DNA of 64,000 bases. Source: the human T2T-CHM13v2.0 reference genome, Homo sapiens. A model generated the notes under the pieces. That model saw only the letters and a program-made list of their open reading frames with translations, ran no database searches and was not told where the DNA came from. Shown here one piece after another: positions 43,291 through 59,258 of this stretch (its first letter is position 1; each line of letters begins with the position of its first letter). The stretch lies in NCBI RefSeq assembly GCF_009914755.1, contig NC_060947.1; one strand, given 5' to 3'. Made by a program: the position numbers and the translations under genes.

Positions 43291-44982
43291 AAATCTATGG
43301 GCTAAATTTGGTAGAATGGCTAGGATTAAATCATCCTTCCATTAAATTCAATAGGTTATTCCTTTTAATAAGAGGTACATTACATGTCTGCTGCAGTCTA
43401 CATTTAAAAAACAATTATCTAATATTCCAGGGGTGAGGGAGTAATAATAGGACTGTTTCATTTCTTTAAGGAAATGACTTTGCAGTATGATTATTCTGTT
43501 TAGGTTTGGATATGGGTAAATTTTGTCTTTGTCAAAATGTTCTAGCATAAAGGGAAATTGGGAAATAAGGGTAGGGTCAAATGTATACTTTGGATATAAT
43601 TCTGGTCAAAGTTTAGAAATCTTGGCAGTAAGTCCTTTATACAGTAGTTCCTAAAATATTTCCCTCTGAGACCCTTCTAAAATAAATTTTCTTCTATTGT
43701 CCACATGCTTTGAATGATTGTGTCAACCTAATAAAACCAATTTTCTAAGGAATAATTTATCTTCCCATTTAATAATTAAGAAATCATTATCTCCATTAGG
43801 GCTTCCACTTAATTTGACTGTGTTCCATACCATGTGATTATGATTTTCATAGACAGCAAGATAAATAAGTAAACCACTGAACATCCCATAGCCTGTGACC
43901 CTTTGTAGCTGTTAAATGTAAAATTTTCCATCAGGGCTGTTGACATTTGAAAATGTTCACATTGCTTCTTTGGGACCTTAGGAGTAGAAACCATTGCTTG
44001 AAACTAATAGAGGATTTAAGATTTCTATGCAATCCTTAACTCTTTCTAGGAAATTTAGTTTATGGCTCTCAATTTATGTTCCTACACCCTGGACAGGTAT
44101 TGGATCTATTTGGATCAGCCTGGTGGGTGAGTCTTGAGAAGACGCTTCATTCTGCACTTGTATCTGTGTCAAGGCAGTAGAACAGAAAGGAGTTCAAGCT
44201 GAGAGTCCTGCAAATTGCAGTTCTCTTATTGAAGGAGCAAGTGGCCCCACCCCTAGCTTCACTTTTCTAAATCAGGGTTCAAAGCCTTTGAGCCTCTCTT
44301 TGCATGAGGAGTTGCAAACAAATTCATGGAAGTTTCTTCTCAACCTTCACTGCAGCTGCTTCTCACCTGATCCACCTCTCAATGTTGAAGACCTCCAGGG
44401 CTCTGTCCTGGGCCCCCTTCCCTTTATCTTCACACTTGCCCTATCTGATGTCATCCAAATCCAGGACGTCATATGACATCCAACTGCAGGGCATCCCACA
44501 TACAGAGCCGGGACCCTGCTGTGGAGGTCCACATTGCTATGTTCAGCTGCCCACTTGCCACATGACCTGGAAGCTCAGTAGGCATGTCATCTCGGAAAGA
44601 TGCAAGCTAGACATCAAATGCAAGCTAGCCCAAGCCCACACATGCCCAAATCTGCATGATCTTATTGAATGCTTTACCCCGTGACTGAACCTCAGTGCTA
44701 CGATATTTGCTGGTTGATGGGCTTGTTTTATTTTGCCTCTCTTTAACCCCTATGTATCCCATATTTTGGAATCACATCCTATTCACTTTATTTTCTAAGT
44801 TTATCTGACATTGGTCATCTTTTGTCAGCTGTATCAATTTTCCATCTTGTCCAGGCCACTGTGGTCTGCCCTTTGGACTTCTCCAGTGTGCTTCTTGGTG
44901 GTCTCCCTAATTCTTTGTTCTCACACTCCGTTCTCTACCCAGACACTGGAGTGAGCTTTCGTAAACATAGTGTCAATGTACT

Positions 44983-45740
<758 letters not shown>

Positions 45741-46162
45741 AACCACTCCAATATCTTCTCATCCACTGAAAATACAATGTGAAGTCTGCACCCCAGCTGT
45801 ACAGTTTTCTCCTCCTCTCTTCCTGGCTTTTCCTGGGTCCCCCAACCCCTTCATCTTGTTCCCACCTCAGAGTCTTTGTGTTAGAAACTCATCCTTCCAT
45901 CTCATCTTTGGATGGATTTTATCTTTCACTCATATGTTGCCTTTGTAAGGTCTCCCTGGACCACCAAATCAAAAGTCCTTGTCTCTCCCACCACTTTATT
46001 CTAATTGCTCGCATCTCTGATAACTTACCTGTTTATTATTTTATTTGCTCATAGTCCTTCTCCCATGGAAGCTGGAATCTGGGCTGCCTCATTTACCACT
46101 GTGTCCTAGTGCCTTGAGTAACCATGGAGTAGGCATTCAATAAGAACTTACTGAATGAGTAG

Positions 46163-46522
46163 GGATATGGTTTGGCTGTGTCCCCATCAAAATCTCATCT
46201 TGAATTGTAGCTCCCATAATCCCCACATGTCATGGGAGGCACCTGGTCAGAGGTAATTGAATCATGGGGGCGGGTCTTTCCTGTGCTGTTCTCGTGATAA
46301 TGAATAAGTCTCATGAGATCTGATGGTTTTATAAAGGGCAGTTCCCCTTCACACACTCTCTTGCCTGATGCCATGTAAGACATGCCTTTGCTTCTCCCTC
46401 ACCTCCCGCCATGATTTTGAGGCCCCCTAGCCATGTGGAACTGTGAGTCCATTAAAACTTGTTCTTTATAAATTACCTAGTCTCAGATATTTCTTCATAG
46501 AAGTATGAAAATGGACTAATAC
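46163..46522 (+). mobile_element. THE1/MST (MaLR) solo LTR
   Basis: gatatggtttggctgtgtcccc...tctcatgagatctgatggttttataa...aatggactaataca. Near-TSD agtag/aatag. Confidence 0.93.
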
Positions 46523-47757
46523 AAATAGTGAACACTTCTCAGATTTCTCTTCCTTCTGTCTCCTTCTCTCCCTATTTCTTCCCTTTCTCCTAAAATATCC
46601 CTTAGATGGGACCAGAATAACTTCCTTAAGATTTTCTTTTAGTTGAGTTTAGAGTTGTTTGCCTTTTCCTCATACTACAAGATTTCCTTATTCTCAGAAC
46701 AGAACAGTTAAACTCATATGTCTGGCTTCATTTCCATCCCTCTCCCAAGTCAAGGTCACCCTGAAGGAGGCTCTTCCTCCCTCCCTTTTTCTCTGCCTAC
46801 AGGCAAGTAATAAATGTCAATGGAATGGATAAATTAACTCTATAGATGGCTTCTGCAGAAGTGTGGGGGTGGGGGATCATATTTTCCAGAGTGTTCAAGA
46901 ATATATACTTTTTTTTCATGTGCAGAGAAATGCTTTTAAAATTCCCTGATGGCTGCATGGAAGGCACTGCTCTTCAGGCATTTTTTCCTTACCTTAAGGC
47001 CAAATTCCAAACACGTGGCTTGAGTCCATGTCACTTATGAGTTGCTTCTTACAGTCACTGATTTTGACATCTCTTCCTGTCATTCAATAACACAGCTTTC
47101 TGAGAGCAATTGATACTTTTATTGTGAGAGAAAAATAGTAGCAACTGACTCTGGTAGATTATTACAAGGTAGTTATGTTCAAATGATGTTGGCAAACATT
47201 GTCATTGGCTTCCCAAGAGTAGGCAAAGCTGCCTCTTCATGCTAGTGTCAGTATTTAGTCCTCCAGCAGGTATCCACAGCCTTTTAACCTTTGAAAGATC
47301 ACATCAGTCTCATTTATGTGTTCATGCATTTGGTTTAATTTTACTGGCATGCATTTATATATTGATTCTATAGAACATGCCAGGCACAGGGCTAGCTGAT
47401 AGGGTATAAAGGCAAAGAATAAAGGGTCTCCGACTGCTACTAATTTACATTCTACTAGAAGCTAGTAGCTTAAATTCTACTAAAAGACAGAATGCCTCTA
47501 AATTCTACTAGTTTTTAGGATAGATATATAAGAGACCACTTCAGTGTAATGTACTGGTAAGGGAACTGTTAAAGAATGGTAAAGGCAGTTAGCCCAACTT
47601 GGGAATTCAGAGAACCTTCCAGGAGGAGCTGACATTTTGCAGGTTGACGTTTTGCATTGTTGGCTAGGAGAGGACAGGTGGGAAGTACACAGTAGGCAGG
47701 TGTGAAATACTTATGGGGAGCGAAAAAGCAGCTCAGTATTTCTAGGGATGAAAATGT

Positions 47758-48160
<403 letters not shown>

Positions 48161-49109
48161 TTAACATTAGTGAACACCCTGAAAATGGAAGGGCCATTTG
48201 GAATGATTGGGACTGTCCACTTTAGCAGAAAATGCAACTGCTGGATCACCACTGTCTCAGGCATTGCCGTAGGCAGAGTGATTTGATTGCATTGGCTTCA
48301 GTTGACAAAATGTATGACCTTAATACTACACAGTTAAATGTGGCAGAGCTTGCACCTGTTGTTGAAAAAGTCACATGGACAGGCAGGAGATTGTGATCCC
48401 GTAATGGGAGGCTTGAATTTCTCACTTTTGAGATGGGCAAGATTGAAGTTGTGTGGTCAAGCGTGCTCTGCAGGAGAGAAAGGTTGGGATTCCGGGACAG
48501 CAAAGAGGTGGGAAAGTGAGAAGGATGTGGCCACGGTGGGTAACTGGGCTCTGTGAGGGCAGGGAGTGGGCATAGCTCATGCTTATGGGCTCATTTTCTT
48601 TGATGACATGCAGGGAGAGTTTCTCTTTTGATAGTCAAAGGTCAAGCTGTTTAGTATATGACTGGTGGAGAAAATTTTAGGAATGCAATGTATTAGGGAA
48701 ATGAAACATTTAGCAAAATAGAGACCAGAAGAGGTTAGACATAGGAATTTGTAATCACATTCACCTATAGGCTTCTGTTTTTTTCCCACAGTAATACGCT
48801 TCATTGATTAATTCATTATTTCATTTATTTCACAAAATATATTGAGTACCATCTATTTGGAAGGGATTTCACTATTACTTTAGTTGATTTAACAGTGCAT
48901 TAGACAGTTTGTTCTCAAATACTGTTGATACTGTTGGAATGAGACATGCATAGAATTGGTTGTCATATGTCCCATAAACTTGAACTTGAAAAATACTGTG
49001 GAAATTGAAAGTTGAAAAATAATATGTGATCATAGAAGGCTTAATGAAATCGGAGAGGCTTGTTATCTAGGCTTTTAAGGAGCTTTGTAAATGATTTGGG
49101 TGTGGGGGC

Positions 49110-49660
49110 TGTATTAGTCAGGGTTCTCTGGAGGAACAGGACTAATAGGATAGATGTCTATATGAAAGGGAGTTTATTAGGAGAATTGACTCACACAATC
49201 ACAAGGTGAAGTCCCACAATGGGCTGTCTGCAAGCTGAGGAGCCAGAAAGCCAGTCCGAGTTCCAAAACCTCAAAAGTAGGGAAGCTGATGATAGTGCAG
49301 CCTTTGGTCTGTGGTCGAAGGTCCGAGAGCCCCTGGCAAATCACTGGTGTAAGCCCAGGAATCCAAAACCTGAAGAACTTGGAGTCTGATATTCAAGGAC
49401 AGGAAGCATCCAGCATGGGAGAAAGATGTAGGCTGGAAGACTCAGCCAGTCTAGTCCTTCCACGTTCTTCTGCCTGCTTTATCCTAGCTACATGGGCAGC
49501 TGATGAGATGGTGCCCACCCAGATTGAGGGTGGGTCTGCCTCTCCCAGCCCACTGACTCAAATGTTAATCTCTTTTGGCAACACCTTCACAGACACAGCC
49601 AGGAACAATACTTTACATCCTTCAATCCAATCAAGTTGACACTCAATATTAACCATCCCA
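49110..49660 (-). mobile_element. MLT2A-like (ERVL) solo LTR
   Basis: tgtattagtcagggttctct...ttcaatccaatcaagttgacactcaatattaaccat. Near-TSD ggggc/gggtc. Confidence 0.9.
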
Positions 49661-50015
49661 GGGTCAAATCCTAGCAGAGCAACCATCAAGAGGGAGCAGC
49701 AGAACTTTCCGGAGAGCAGAGGATGAGCTGTTGACCAGGACATTTTCGTGGGACTCAGCTCAACCAAGGTGTGATGTTGGAAAGGTGGACCCCAGTCAGG
49801 ACATGGTTAGCTTCGCATTCCAGAGTAAGATGTATTTTTTAGTTTTTCATTCTTGCAGACAATATTAAGTATGAGTTCAATTAAGTGACAAGAAAAATGT
49901 TAGTAGAAGTTGCTGTGACACTTCCCCCCGATGCTGAAGGATTTAATATTATGGAGTAAGGTCCAAGTTGGTGTGCTCACCCCACCCCAAAAAATCAAAA
50001 TTTAGTAAATTAGAA

Positions 50016-50231
50016 CAGGACTGGCCTAGCTGTAGCATGTGGGCCTAATGCAAACCAGCCCTTGATTTTCTAAATAAAGTTTTATTGAAACCCAGCTGTG
50101 CTCATTTGTGGATGTCTCATTCCTGGCTGCTTCTTAATTACAACAGCAGAGTTGAGTAGTTGAGAAAGCCACCCAAAGAGCCTGAAATATTTACTACCTG
50201 GCTCTTTAGAGAAAAAGTTTGCCAACCCTTG
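50016..50231. mobile_element. MER58-like hAT fossil
   Basis: aaataaagttttattgaaa...acagcagagttgagtagttg...aatatttactacctgg...aaaagtttgccaaccc. Confidence 0.8.
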
Positions 50232-50876
50232 ACTTAGATTCCTTAGCAGTTGGATGTATTGCTTGATGAGTCATTCTTAATCATTTGACCTGTGTCAATT
50301 AATTTTAAGGATATTCTTCAATTCTTGACATGTTATTTAGGAACTGATATCACCAGGTTCCTTATTTTTGCCTTCATAATAGATGGGTAATACGTTGGTG
50401 GAACCTGAAAAATATTGTTATATTTCCCATCTGCAATTCATGGGTTTTAGTCTTTGGCATGAATAAATCAAGGAGAGTATAAAATGTAGCATCTTGGGTG
50501 AGAAAACATTTCCCGTGAATTATCATCACACACTTCAACGGGGTTTGCCTCAATTCAGAGAATTAGTGTTATCTCAGATGGGAAGATTTGAGGAGAAAAA
50601 TGAAAAACAATATTTCATAAAACTCTGCCCAGATCAAGCATAAGAATGACTAGCATATGCTCTTGCCATTAAAAGTGATTTGACCTGCTGTGTGGTAGCA
50701 TTCAGAAGGACAAAAATAGAAGCCTGGTTTGCAAACAGCTGTTTCTAACAAGAGTCTTTGAGTAAATTGTAGAAGAATCCTCGCTACGCTTGCCTAGAGA
50801 GATTGAGTAACTCAGCCATCATCCTTCTGTGATGAGAACATCATCACAACATGCCATCAAGATGTTAAAACTGTGA

Positions 50877-51449
<573 letters not shown>

Positions 51450-52840
51450 TGTGGATATATCTGAGCTGTCTTTTGAGACCTTTAATTTCTGTAGGGCAAG
51501 GTCCCTCTTCACTGTGTTCTCTCTGGGATTCTGTTGGCATACAATCAGAGTTCTCAGTGGGTATTATCTGAGCTATCTTTTGAGGCTGTGAGTTTCTGTA
51601 GGGCGTAATCTCCATTGTATATCTTTGTGTCCCATTTGGGGATGTGAAAATCAGTAAAGCCTAGCATTTGGCAGGACAGGTTCTAGAACTATACCTAATA
51701 CCATCAATTACTGGCTGTGTAACCTTTGCCAAAGTTTTCTTGGCTGTGAAATGGGTTACTTGCCTTGCAGAGTCATGGTGAGAATCAAGAGTTAATAAAG
51801 TCACGAGTTTGAATGGTTTGGGGAACATGTGAAACTCCATCATTAGTCCTGATCATAGCAAGTCATTGCTTATTAAATGTCTGCTGAATGAATGAAGCAT
51901 CCCGTGTCCACCCTCTGAGTTCCTCTAAACTCTGCTCGATGATAATGTGAGTGGTGCCCGGGAGAGCAGATTTCGGTGCTTTTTCAGCCTGACAGACACA
52001 TTTGGCGCATCTCGCTTTCCACACAATATCGCAGGAGGAAGGAGACTCAAAGCTACACCATCTGACAAGCAAGGGCACTTGCTCATCAACACATGCCTGC
52101 AAATGTGTGATCATGCTTCCTCCAACATGTTTTTCCATAGGCAGTGTGTGCTCGGATGTGTTTATCATCTGTTAAAAAAATTTTAAAACATTTTTTTGCC
52201 ATGACTGTTGTAAAAACTCTCCCTTTATAGCTTTAGAAAATTGCACAAGATTATGTTTATGGATACATTTCTTTAGGACCTGAATATAGACTCAGAACTA
52301 TTAATACAAGATGGGAATCTCGTGATGTTCCACATAGTGGGTTCAGAGCTTCCAACAGAGCGTTTCTCGGGTGTGACAATTTGTTAACACTAGCTGCAGA
52401 TGAAACCATGCCTGGTGCTACCATTCAGGTGGTCAGTAGGTGGCTAGATCTAGGGGCTACAGGCACAGCTGCCCCCATAGTCCAGTGCCTGCAATAGAGG
52501 TGCTCTGTGCATCTTACCTGAGCAGGGGTAAGCTACTTCTTTGCACCCAAGCAGAAGTATTGCCACCAGGTGGCCATTTGTGGCTTGGAGCTCCTTTGGG
52601 AATCTGGAATCTCTGGCAGGCTGTGATATTTCCAGGGCCTCTGCAGGAGATTTGTTTTATTTTGCTTTGTTTTCAAAGTGGTTATACATCAAGCCATGTT
52701 CTCATAAGATGTCTCTTCCATCACCTGGAGTTCTGGGATATTAGCAAATTCCTCAGAGGGGAATAGATCACTGGCACTTGGGTTGTAAAATACACAGACA
52801 TTGGATGTGCCTGTGGATTTTTGTGAAACTATGTGCTTTG

Positions 52841-53141
<301 letters not shown>

Positions 53142-53602
53142 ACTATCTGCTGTTTAAGGGCCATGTTTTTCAGCCACTCTGTCAAGTGGCTCTACAGCCA
53201 GGTGCATCCCTTGGCTTCCCCTGGTGAGCCCCTAGTAAACCATCCTCAGACATTGCCTTTCACCCTAAAGATGATGTACAGATCAACTCCTGGGAGGGTA
53301 CGAAATTCGCTCGGTGCCTCAGTCCTTAATTCTACTGTTCACATGTATCTTTCTGAGTTTCTACATAGGGTGTAGAAACTAAATGTGGTTTACAAATATG
53401 GTGTGATCCTCTTCTTTCAGGACATAGACAACTTGGCACCAGTGCTCTTGCTGCAAAGATAAAGTGATATTGGAGAACTGTTTAAATTCACAGGCTTTGG
53501 AGTCAGTCAGACAAACCTGGATTTCTATCTGTAACTCTACCGCTTACTAAATAAGTGACAGTCAGCACATAACTGAAGTTCTCTCAGCCTCAGATTGTGC
53601 AA

Positions 53603-53880
53603 CTATTTTATATATATATATTTTTATATGTATATTTATATATATATTTTATATATATGTATATATATTTATATATATATTTTTATATATATATTTATAT
53701 ATATTTATATATATATTTATATATTATATATATTTATATATATATTTTATATATATTTTATATATAGTTATATATATTTTTTGTATTTTATATAAGTATT
53801 ATTTTATATATATTTTTATTATATATTTATATATTTTTTATTATATATATTTTATTTTATATATATATAAAATATTAAAA
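53603..53880. repeat. (TA)n/(TTTA)n AT-rich low-complexity block
   Basis: Read directly, ~280 bp. Confidence 0.95.
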
Positions 53881-54671
53881 TGTTATGAATGAGTTTAGAT
53901 TGATGGAGAATTACAAAGGTAGTACAGAGGTATATTTTTCACCCAGCTATCTGCAATCTTACCATCCTACACAACTATGGTGTATTTGTCAAAATTAACC
54001 TTCACATGTTACCAGCTTTCCCATTAATGCCCTTTCTCTGTTTCAGAATCAATACACAATGCCACGTTACATCTAGAAGATTAACTTTTAGAGGGTGCTT
54101 TTTCCTGATTTAATAGTTTGGTTTTTGTTCCTGTTTATTTATGCTGTTTTATTTAAAACAAGGGGGCAATATGTGTATATCTAAACCATTAATGAAATCA
54201 GCCCTTTTTTGTTCTATAGCGATCACTTATTTTGTTGTTAAATTTAAAGTGAAGATGGTGTGAGTTTGATCGAGTAGCAGGATAAGCAGGTGAAAATTTT
54301 ATGAGTTTGATGGAACAGAAGGAAAACTAGACAGTAATTCACACGTTGAGATTCCTCCCAAAGATCTGCTTTCAACTGCTTGAATGAACTACGGCAAAGT
54401 AGTTAAACTTCCCATTTGTTGGCTGTGATGTCTGTGAAGCAGGAATCACAGTATCTGTCAGAGAATTACCTTCAAGTGATGTTGAAAGGATAAAATAAGG
54501 GGAAGAGTTTTAACTTTCTTAGGAGGCCATCACAGAAACTACAAAGTATGATGTGAACTTCCATAGGAATCTCCCCTAAGTGACTGTGCATATAGAATGT
54601 CTGAATATCTGCAAAGGTCAGAGCCTGCTGAGGAGACTACAGTCTTCAGCTGTAAGAAATGAGCTTTTAAC

Positions 54672-55230
54672 TATTCACAATAGCAAAGACATGGAGTCAA
54701 CCAAAATACCCATCAACAGTGGACTAGATAAAGAAAATGTGGTACATACACACCATGGAATACTATGCAGCCATAAAAAAGAATGAGATCCTGTCCTTTG
54801 CAGCAACATAGATGGAGCTGGAGGCCACTATCCTAAAAGAATTAATGCACGAACCTAAAACCAAATTCTGCATGTTCTCACTTATAAGTGGGAGCTAAAC
54901 ATTGAGTAAACATGGACACAATGAAGGGAACAACAGACTCTGGGGCCTACTTGAGAGTGGAGGGAAAGAGGAGGAGGGAGAGGATTGAAAAACTAAATAT
55001 CAAGTACTATGCTGATTAGCTGTGTGATGAGATAATCTGCACACCAAACTCCCAAGCCATGCAGATTACCTATATAACAAACCTGCACATGTACCCCTGA
55101 ACCTAAAATAAATAAAAGTAAATACATAAACAAATACATACATAGATAAATAATGTAACATCTGAAAAACACACTAGAGCAGAGTGCAATAAAAGGAGGC
55201 ATTCCTGTAAAGGTTAGAAAAACAAAGAGA
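54672..55230 (+). mobile_element. 5'-truncated L1 (L1PB/old L1PA-like) 3' end with a ~60-nt 3' transduction
   Basis: tattcacaatagcaaagacatgg...aacctgcacatgtacccctgaacctaaaataa. 18-bp TSD aagaaatgagcttttaac (54654-54671) / aagagatgagcttttaac (55231-55248). Confidence 0.92.
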
Positions 55231-55665
55231 AAGAGATGAGCTTTTAACAATGGAAATTTGCTTCAGGACCCCTGAAACCTCTGTTTCTAGTAATTTACTT
55301 CCTAAATATAAGTGGCATTTATTTCCAGTTGACTCACACATGATATTCCTGCAAGGAATGAGCATTTTTTCATTGGCTTCGTTCTCACTTAACTGTCTAT
55401 TTAATGCTTCACACCAATTGTTTAAAACAGCCTCTTTTTTGAGTAGCTGAACTTCAACTCCACTCCCTTTGTCCCCAGCCTAAATTCCTGACGGCTACTT
55501 CAGTGCCCCTTAGCCCTATGCTGTCTTTGTCATGAAGGGTGAGGAAGCAGTGTTTATTCCCCCAGCGATGGGTCACCTGCCCAGCTGGAGTGACCTCAGC
55601 CCTGGCCTGTCTGAGCCCTATACTGGAGCACTTGGTCTCCATCCCTCAACGGGAGGTGTTGGTCA

Positions 55666-56518
<853 letters not shown>

Positions 56519-56906
56519 GTGACCATCTTCTGAGATTATCTGCTGACATTCTGATCCACTCTGAACTCACCCTTCCTGCCTCTGCCGGTACCCTTTCGAT
56601 GCTGTATTTAATTATATTCTAATTGCTTCATAGGCACCAAGCCTGTTTCCTCAACTCTCCTGGTTAAGAGCCATCCTGGTAATAAAATAATACCAACGAA
56701 GATAATAGCCATTTTTTGTGCGTCTCTTGCAGGCACTGAGCTTGGCAGTTGGGATAATCATTCCATGTAATAATCACGTGGAAACATAGTGGGAATATGA
56801 GATACAGAAAGCTGAAGCTATTTTCTCAAGTGCAAAGGGCTGGTGTATCTGTTTCCTATGTCCGTTGTAATCATTGACCACAAATTTAGTGGCTCAAAAC
56901 AACATG

Positions 56907-57408
56907 TTTTTTTTTTTTAATTTTTAGATTCAGTGGGTACGTGTGCTGGTGTGTTACATGGGTATATTGCATTATGCTGAGGTTTGGGGTTCTAATGATC
57001 CTGTCATCCAAGTAGTGAACATAGTACCTGATAGTTTTTCACTCCTTGACCTCCTCCCTCTTTCCCCCCTAGTAGTTCCCAGTGTCTACTGTTGCCAACT
57101 TTATGTTTATGAGTACTGAATGTTTAGCTCCCACTTATAAGTAAGAACATGCAGTGTTTGATTTTCTGTTCCTGCATTAATTCACTTAGGATAATGGCCT
57201 CTAGCTATACCATGTTGCTACAAAGGACAATATTTTGTTCTTTTTTATGGCTGTGTAGTATTCCATGATGTATATGTGCCACATTTTCTTTATCCAATCC
57301 CTGTCGATGGGCACCTGGATTAATTTCATGTCTGCTATTGTGAATAGTGCAGCAATGAACATACAGGTAAAGGTATCTTTTTGGTAGAATAATTTATTTT
57401 CCTTTGGG
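56907..57408 (-). mobile_element. L1 (L1PB/old L1PA-like) 3' end nested in MLT1
   Basis: Poly(T) then gggtacgtgtgc...gttacatgggtatattgc...tttagctcccacttataagt...ccacattttctttatcca. Confidence 0.9.
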
Positions 57409-57640
57409 AATAACCATGAATTAAATGGGTCCTCAAGGTGTTGGCAGGGCTATGTTTCTTGCTGAAAGCTCTAGGGGAGAATCTTATTCCTTGCCTTATC
57501 CAACTTCTAGAGCCTGCCTGCATTCCTGGGCTTGGGGTGCCCTTCTCTGCCTTTAAAGTCAGCAGCATAGCATCTTCCAGCCTCTCTCTGTGATTACACC
57601 CCTCCACTTCTCTGACTCCCTCTTTCCCTTGAAAGAACCC

Positions 57641-58497
57641 TGTCTACAAAAAGAGTCAGACTCTGTAAAACGTTTGAAGAGATTCATTCTGAGCCAAGTT
57701 GACACAGCCCCGGGAGATCCTAAGAATATGTACCTAAGTTGTTCTGGCTACAGCTTGATTTATACATTTTAGGGAGACATACAGCATTAGTCAATATATG
57801 TAAGATGTACATTGTTCAGTCTGGAAAGGTAGCATGAGTCAAAATCGGGGGGTGGGGGGTGAGGAGGCTTCAGGTCATGGGTGGACTCAAAGAATTTCTG
57901 ATTGGCAGTTGGTTGAAAGAGTTGATTTAAAGACCTGCAGTCAATAGAAGGGAGTGTCTGGGTTAAAATAAGGGGGTTGTGGAGGCCAAGGTTCTTATGA
58001 TGCAGATGAAACCTCCACGTAGCAGGCTTCAGAGAGAATAGATTGTACGTGTTTCTTATCAGACTTTAAAAGATACCAGACTCTTGGTCAGTTCTCTCCC
58101 GGATCAGGGAGAAGACCCCAAAAGAGAAGGAGATTGTCTACAGAATGTAGATTTTCTGCACAAGAGACAGCTTTGTGGGGCTATTTTGAAATATGTCAAA
58201 TAAATATATTTTGGGGTAAACTACTTCAATTTCTATCAGGGCCTGCTATCTGTCGTGTTGGTATCTTATGGCTACAAACAGTCTGTTTTGTCAGTCTTAA
58301 GGTCTGTGTTTTAATGCTAATGCTGGTCAGTTGTACCTGAATTCCAAAAGAAGGAGGGTAAAATGAGGCATGTCCAATCCCCTGTTTCCATCATGGACTG
58401 AACTAGTGTTTCAGGTTAAACCTTTAGAATGCCCTTTGCTGAGAGGAGGTGTCTATTCTGTTAGTCGAGGGGCTTAGAATTTTATTTTTGGTTTACA
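57641..58497 (-). mobile_element. MER4-family ERV1 solo LTR nested in MLT1
   Basis: The minus strand starts tgtaaaccaaaaataaaattctaagcccc (MER4 start). 4-bp TSD ACCC (57637-57640, 58498-58501). Confidence 0.9.
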
Positions 58498-58979
58498 ACC
58501 CTATGATTATATTAGATCCACTCAGACAATGCAGGGTAATCTCCTCATCTCAAAATCCTTAGTCACATGTTTAAAGTCCCTTTTGCCATATAAGGCAAAA
58601 TACCCATTTCCCCAGGCTCCAGGCTCCAGGAATTTGGATGCGGACACTTGGGGGCACCATTATTTTGCCTGCCACAGCTGGTGTAAACTAGAAATGGAAC
58701 TTGAATTCCCTGACTCCAGAGTCATTGATTTGAATCTTTGGTGACTCAAATCTTTGTTGCGTTGAGTCCCTCTGATTACAAAGTTTTTGTTCAAGATGCC
58801 ATACAGTGCTGACCATGTCACATATGGTGGTGACTGTATCATATATATTCCTTTTTTCAATACAACATATACTATATTGCTCATGGAATACTCATAGATG
58901 GAATCTATGTAATTAGAGCAGTTGGTTCTTCTACATTGAGCACAAAAGAGTCCATTGAAGTGAGCATTGAAAGGATTGA

Positions 58980-59216
<237 letters not shown>

Positions 59217-59258
59217 TGATTTCACAGCCCAGTATGCTCTGGTTTGCCTGCATAATGG

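Larger units (their letters stand above)
56844..58676 (-). mobile_element. MLT1 (MaLR) solo LTR split by nested L1 and MER4 insertions
   Basis: MLT1 pieces at 56844-56906, ~57410-57640 and 58498-58676. 5-bp TSD GCTGG (56839-56843, 58677-58681). Confidence 0.85.
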
